Origin: Catajapyx aquilonaris
Taxonomy: Eukaryota
Length of the DNA: 37,119 bases
Direction: 5' to 3'
NCBI GenBank assembly: GCA_000934665.2
Contig: JYFJ02003842.1
Coordinates: 1 to 37,119 of the forward strand
Shown: piece by piece, positions 33,902 to 37,119 of the stretch
Layout of the letters: each line of letters begins with the position of its first letter
How positions within the stretch are numbered: the first letter of the stretch is position 1
Program-made: the position numbers and the translations under genes
Notes under the pieces: generated by a model
The model's input: the letters and a program-made list of their open reading frames with translations, nothing else
Told to the model about the DNA's origin: nothing
The model's database searches: none

Positions 33902-35458
33902 CCGTACCCAAATCCCTTGGTTTACACTCACCCCCGAGTTCGTTGGTTTCTGAGGCATAACTCGTATGAAACGTATGAGTTAGTGATAACCTCTGCATAA
34001 AAACATGTGTTAAAATGTAAGAAATGAAACGCATCTGCCAATGGTATGACTCGGTTCATACACAAGGGTCACTTTGGGTGCATATGATGGGTCACCCAAT
34101 ACACAAGGGAAGTAATATTACGCGCACCCTCCTGTCACATGATATAGGAGCTGTGTGTCCATGTGTCTTTGCAAGCAAACGCAACCCAATGATTCTCAGC
34201 CCATCTTGGCTATAAGAGGCAGAAGAAACTACTGCCCCTGATTAATCACAGCGAGAAGAGGGTTGCCTGTTGCACTAAGGGAGATCATCATCAAAAGGCT
34301 TCTGGATGGTGTTCCTCTTCGGCAGATAGGCTGGGAACTGTGCTACAACACGCATGTACACTAAAGCAGAACGACGCCACTGGAGCAGTTGAGCGAAAGT
34401 CCGGGGTCACTAAAGTCGACAACAGCACGAATCAGGAAAAACAGCCCAAGAATTTTTGCGGAGGCTGCAGCATTGTGCCAGGAAAGGCTGGGGAGTCCAT
34501 TTTTGGCAAACATAATCATAAAGAGGTAGAAGGACATGACATACAGGTCCTACAAGTCAAAGGGGAAACCACTCCTCACCCGAGTCCAGAAGAAGCGGCG
34601 CTACAAATGGGCTCGGGACCATCTAAGCTGGACATTCAACGACAGGAAGGTGATTTGGTCTGGTGAATCACCATTTGAGGTGCTGTATGGAACCATCGGT
34701 CGCAGAGTCATTCGGCAGAAGGGTGAAGGACTCCGCAATGAACGCGAACTGGGGTGGTGGTTTTCCCTTTGACTTGTAGGACCTGTACGCCATGTCCTTC
34801 AGCCTCTTTATGATTATTTTTGCCGAAAATGGACTCCTCAGCCTTTCCAGTCACAATGCTGCAGCTTCTACCAAAGGTCTTGGTCTGTTTTTCCTGACAA
34901 TCCAGCACAGCGTCCAGTCTTCTCGTGCTGTTGTCAACTCTAGTGGCCCCGGACTTTTCTTCTGCTCAACTGTTCCGGTGGCGTCATACTGCTTTAGTAT
35001 ACATGCATATTGTAGCACAGTTCTGCCGAAGAGAAACACCATCCCGAAGCCTTTTGATGACGATCTCCCTTAGTGCAACAGGCAACCCTCTTCTCACCAT
35101 GTTTCTTCACTGTGATGAGCCAGGGGCAGTAGTTTCTTATGCCTCTTATAGCCAAGATGGGCTGAGAATCATGGGAATTGCATTTGCTTGCAGAGACACA
35201 TGGACACACTGCTCCTATATCATGTGACAGGAGGGTGCGCGTAATATTACTTCCCTTGTGTATTGGGTGACCCATCATATGCACCCAAAGTGACCCTTGT
35301 GTATGAACCGAAACTAACCATTGCGACATGTGTTTCATTTCTTACAATTTAACACACGTTTTTACGTGGAGGTTATCACTGACCCATACGTTTCGTACGA
35401 GTTACGCCACAAAAACTCGCAAATTGGAGGGCGCATAAACCAAGGGATTTGGGTAAGG
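33902..35458. mobile_element. Foldback Tc1 derivative built from two inverted 5' halves
   Basis: TA flanks; ~680-bp arms each carrying Tc1 N-terminal HTH remnants; the left arm and spacer encode KPLLTRVQKKRRYKWARDHLSWT..KVIWSGESPF. Confidence 0.92.
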
Positions 35459-35749
35459 TAATTTCCTGTCACTTTGGTTTCTTGATTTCTCATGAGGTCC
35501 CCACCCCACTAAATGTGTATGCTATAGCTGGTCCATAAAACAAATACTGATAGCATCAAACCTACAGTTCTGAATTCTAACCACAGGTAATTAAGGAGAT
35601 TTTCCTTGAGGTTTTTACACATTTATAAATAGTTACGTTATATTGTAATTGATATGCCTGCACGCTTTTTCTCCCCCAATGGTATCAGTGGCAGGGCTTG
35701 GGTTTCTCCGCCATACTGAAAGCTATTTAGGCAGTCGATTTGTCTACAG

Positions 35750-36328
35750 CAAGGGTGAGTAAAGTTTTTTTGCGGGCAGGTCTTCAAATTCTAAACCATG
35801 GGGCACGGCAGTAGTGTGACAGAACTTCAGCTGGTTCGGTCCGGCTCGAGTGGTCGGACTGCAGGAATGTCACTCTTCTCGGTTGTTCAGTAATTCCCCG
35901 CCAAGATATTAGGACTTTGACTCACATGATACTGGTTTATTGCCGCTGATTCCACTCTTACAGTCCTCCTCTCCTTCTGCCACTCACACCCGCCTTCACC
36001 CTCCACTCTCACTCACAACAATCTCCTCTCCCAAACCATAGCAACTCCCTTCACCACGAAACACCACTGCTGCCAACATAATTCTGTACATCACAGTAGC
36101 AATTCAAAGTCATGGCTTTCTTTTTAATTGGTATACTTTATCAGTTTGTCTGTGTCGTAATGTTACAGACTACTGATTACTAAAGCTAAGGCTAAGTAGC
36201 CAAGTGCTAAGAACTTACTCGTATGAAGTATTGTATTTGATAAATTAAATGTCAATTACATTAACCTTGTAGGTTTCACACTTGGGCAGACGGGCCCGGT
36301 CTAAATGGCTGCACTTTGCCCACCCCTG
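35750..36328. mobile_element. hAT (Charlie-like) MITE
   Basis: TIR CAAGGGTGAGTAAAGT / ACTTTGCCCACCCCTG; TSD GTCTACAG / ATCTACAG. Confidence 0.75.
35815..36095 (-). mobile_element. Probable solo LTR nested in the hAT MITE
   Basis: TGTGA...TCACA termini, 4-bp TSD GTAG, internal AATAAA on the minus strand (~35936-35941), 281 bp. Confidence 0.7.
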
Positions 36329-37119
36329 ATCTACAGGCAGGGTCACCCAAGCTAAGAAGGCCATTTTGGGGTATAAAACAGACAAAGAGACCCACCAATC
36401 CGTCATATTTTCTCTCTATCTTCATTTACTTCTCCATCTGACTCATCTTTGTACTGTCTCATAGCCAGATAGCCTTAGTTGCTTTGACTCCTTTCCCCAA
36501 CTTTTCAAAAAGTCTCATTATGCATTTCTGACTTTGACTCAGCCTGAACCCAGATCCTGTGCTATTGATGATCTATTCAGGAGGACCTTCAAACCAGAAC
36601 CACATCATGCAAAAAAGCATGAAACATATTACGTCAACAATCACCAGCATGCTCAGAGGCAAGCATGAAACTGGGATCAAGAGAAAGGTGACACAGTAAG
36701 GTTGAACCCTGGGTAGTTCTTAAACTCTACTCGTTTCCTGTACGGTCCTTATCGCTTGCCGCGAAAACCAGCTGCTTACCTTATCAAGACTGCCCAAATG
36801 TGGCATGAAGGCAAGTAGCTCGGTAAGGGAATTTCGACCTTATTGAGTCAGCATGTTTGAAATGCCCCTGATAGAAAAGGTTACTAAGGAAAAGAATAAC
36901 ACCCACACAAGGTTACCAGATGGGAAAGTTATTCAACACACCAAATGTTGTTACAACCCAATTTGTTGCCTGTGAGGCAATTAAGAGGGCCGGGTACCTG
37001 GCGTTCGCGCCACTTTTCAGGTAAAGCGAGGAGAAAAACGGGTGCGGATTCATCGTCTTCGTTCGACATATCCTCGCTCCTATGGGAGGTACGGACATGC
37101 GGTTTTTTGCGTTGCACGG

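Noticed and set aside
1..37119. CRISPR arrays, rRNA, hammerhead ribozymes, prokaryotic operons
   Set aside because: No regularly spaced direct repeats or rRNA motifs seen; the CTGATGA hits I inspected lacked the flanking stems and GAAA core; the sequence is clearly spliced eukaryotic DNA.

Overview
Eukaryotic, intron-rich animal DNA, most likely an arthropod/insect with a TE-rich genome (inferred). Two tandem minus-strand spliced genes can be reconstructed by hand with consistent exon phases. (1) The 3' ~13 kb of an inositol polyphosphate 4-phosphatase (INPP4) gene: 13 coding exons over 33326-20581 encoding a PH-like tail, a C2 domain and the CKSAKDRT active site. Its 5' exons were not found and presumably lie beyond the right edge, and the intron just before the catalytic exon must be GC-AG. 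(2) A UCH-L3/Uch deubiquitinase gene: exons 1-6 over 15681-5564, including a 12-nt micro-exon. Its expected last exon is not in the window. Introns and intergenic DNA hold many non-autonomous and often nested TEs: a decayed mariner, a 5'-5' foldback Tc1, a Harbinger relic, hAT/piggyBac/Tc1/ISL2EU-like MITEs, a solo LTR and several tRNA-derived SINE families including a V-domain SINE. Two observations stand out. Four SINEs with different bodies share a covarying 3' double stem-loop. A CpG-rich, YY1-containing promoter-like island inside the UCH gene is followed by a chain of unexplained exon-like segments.
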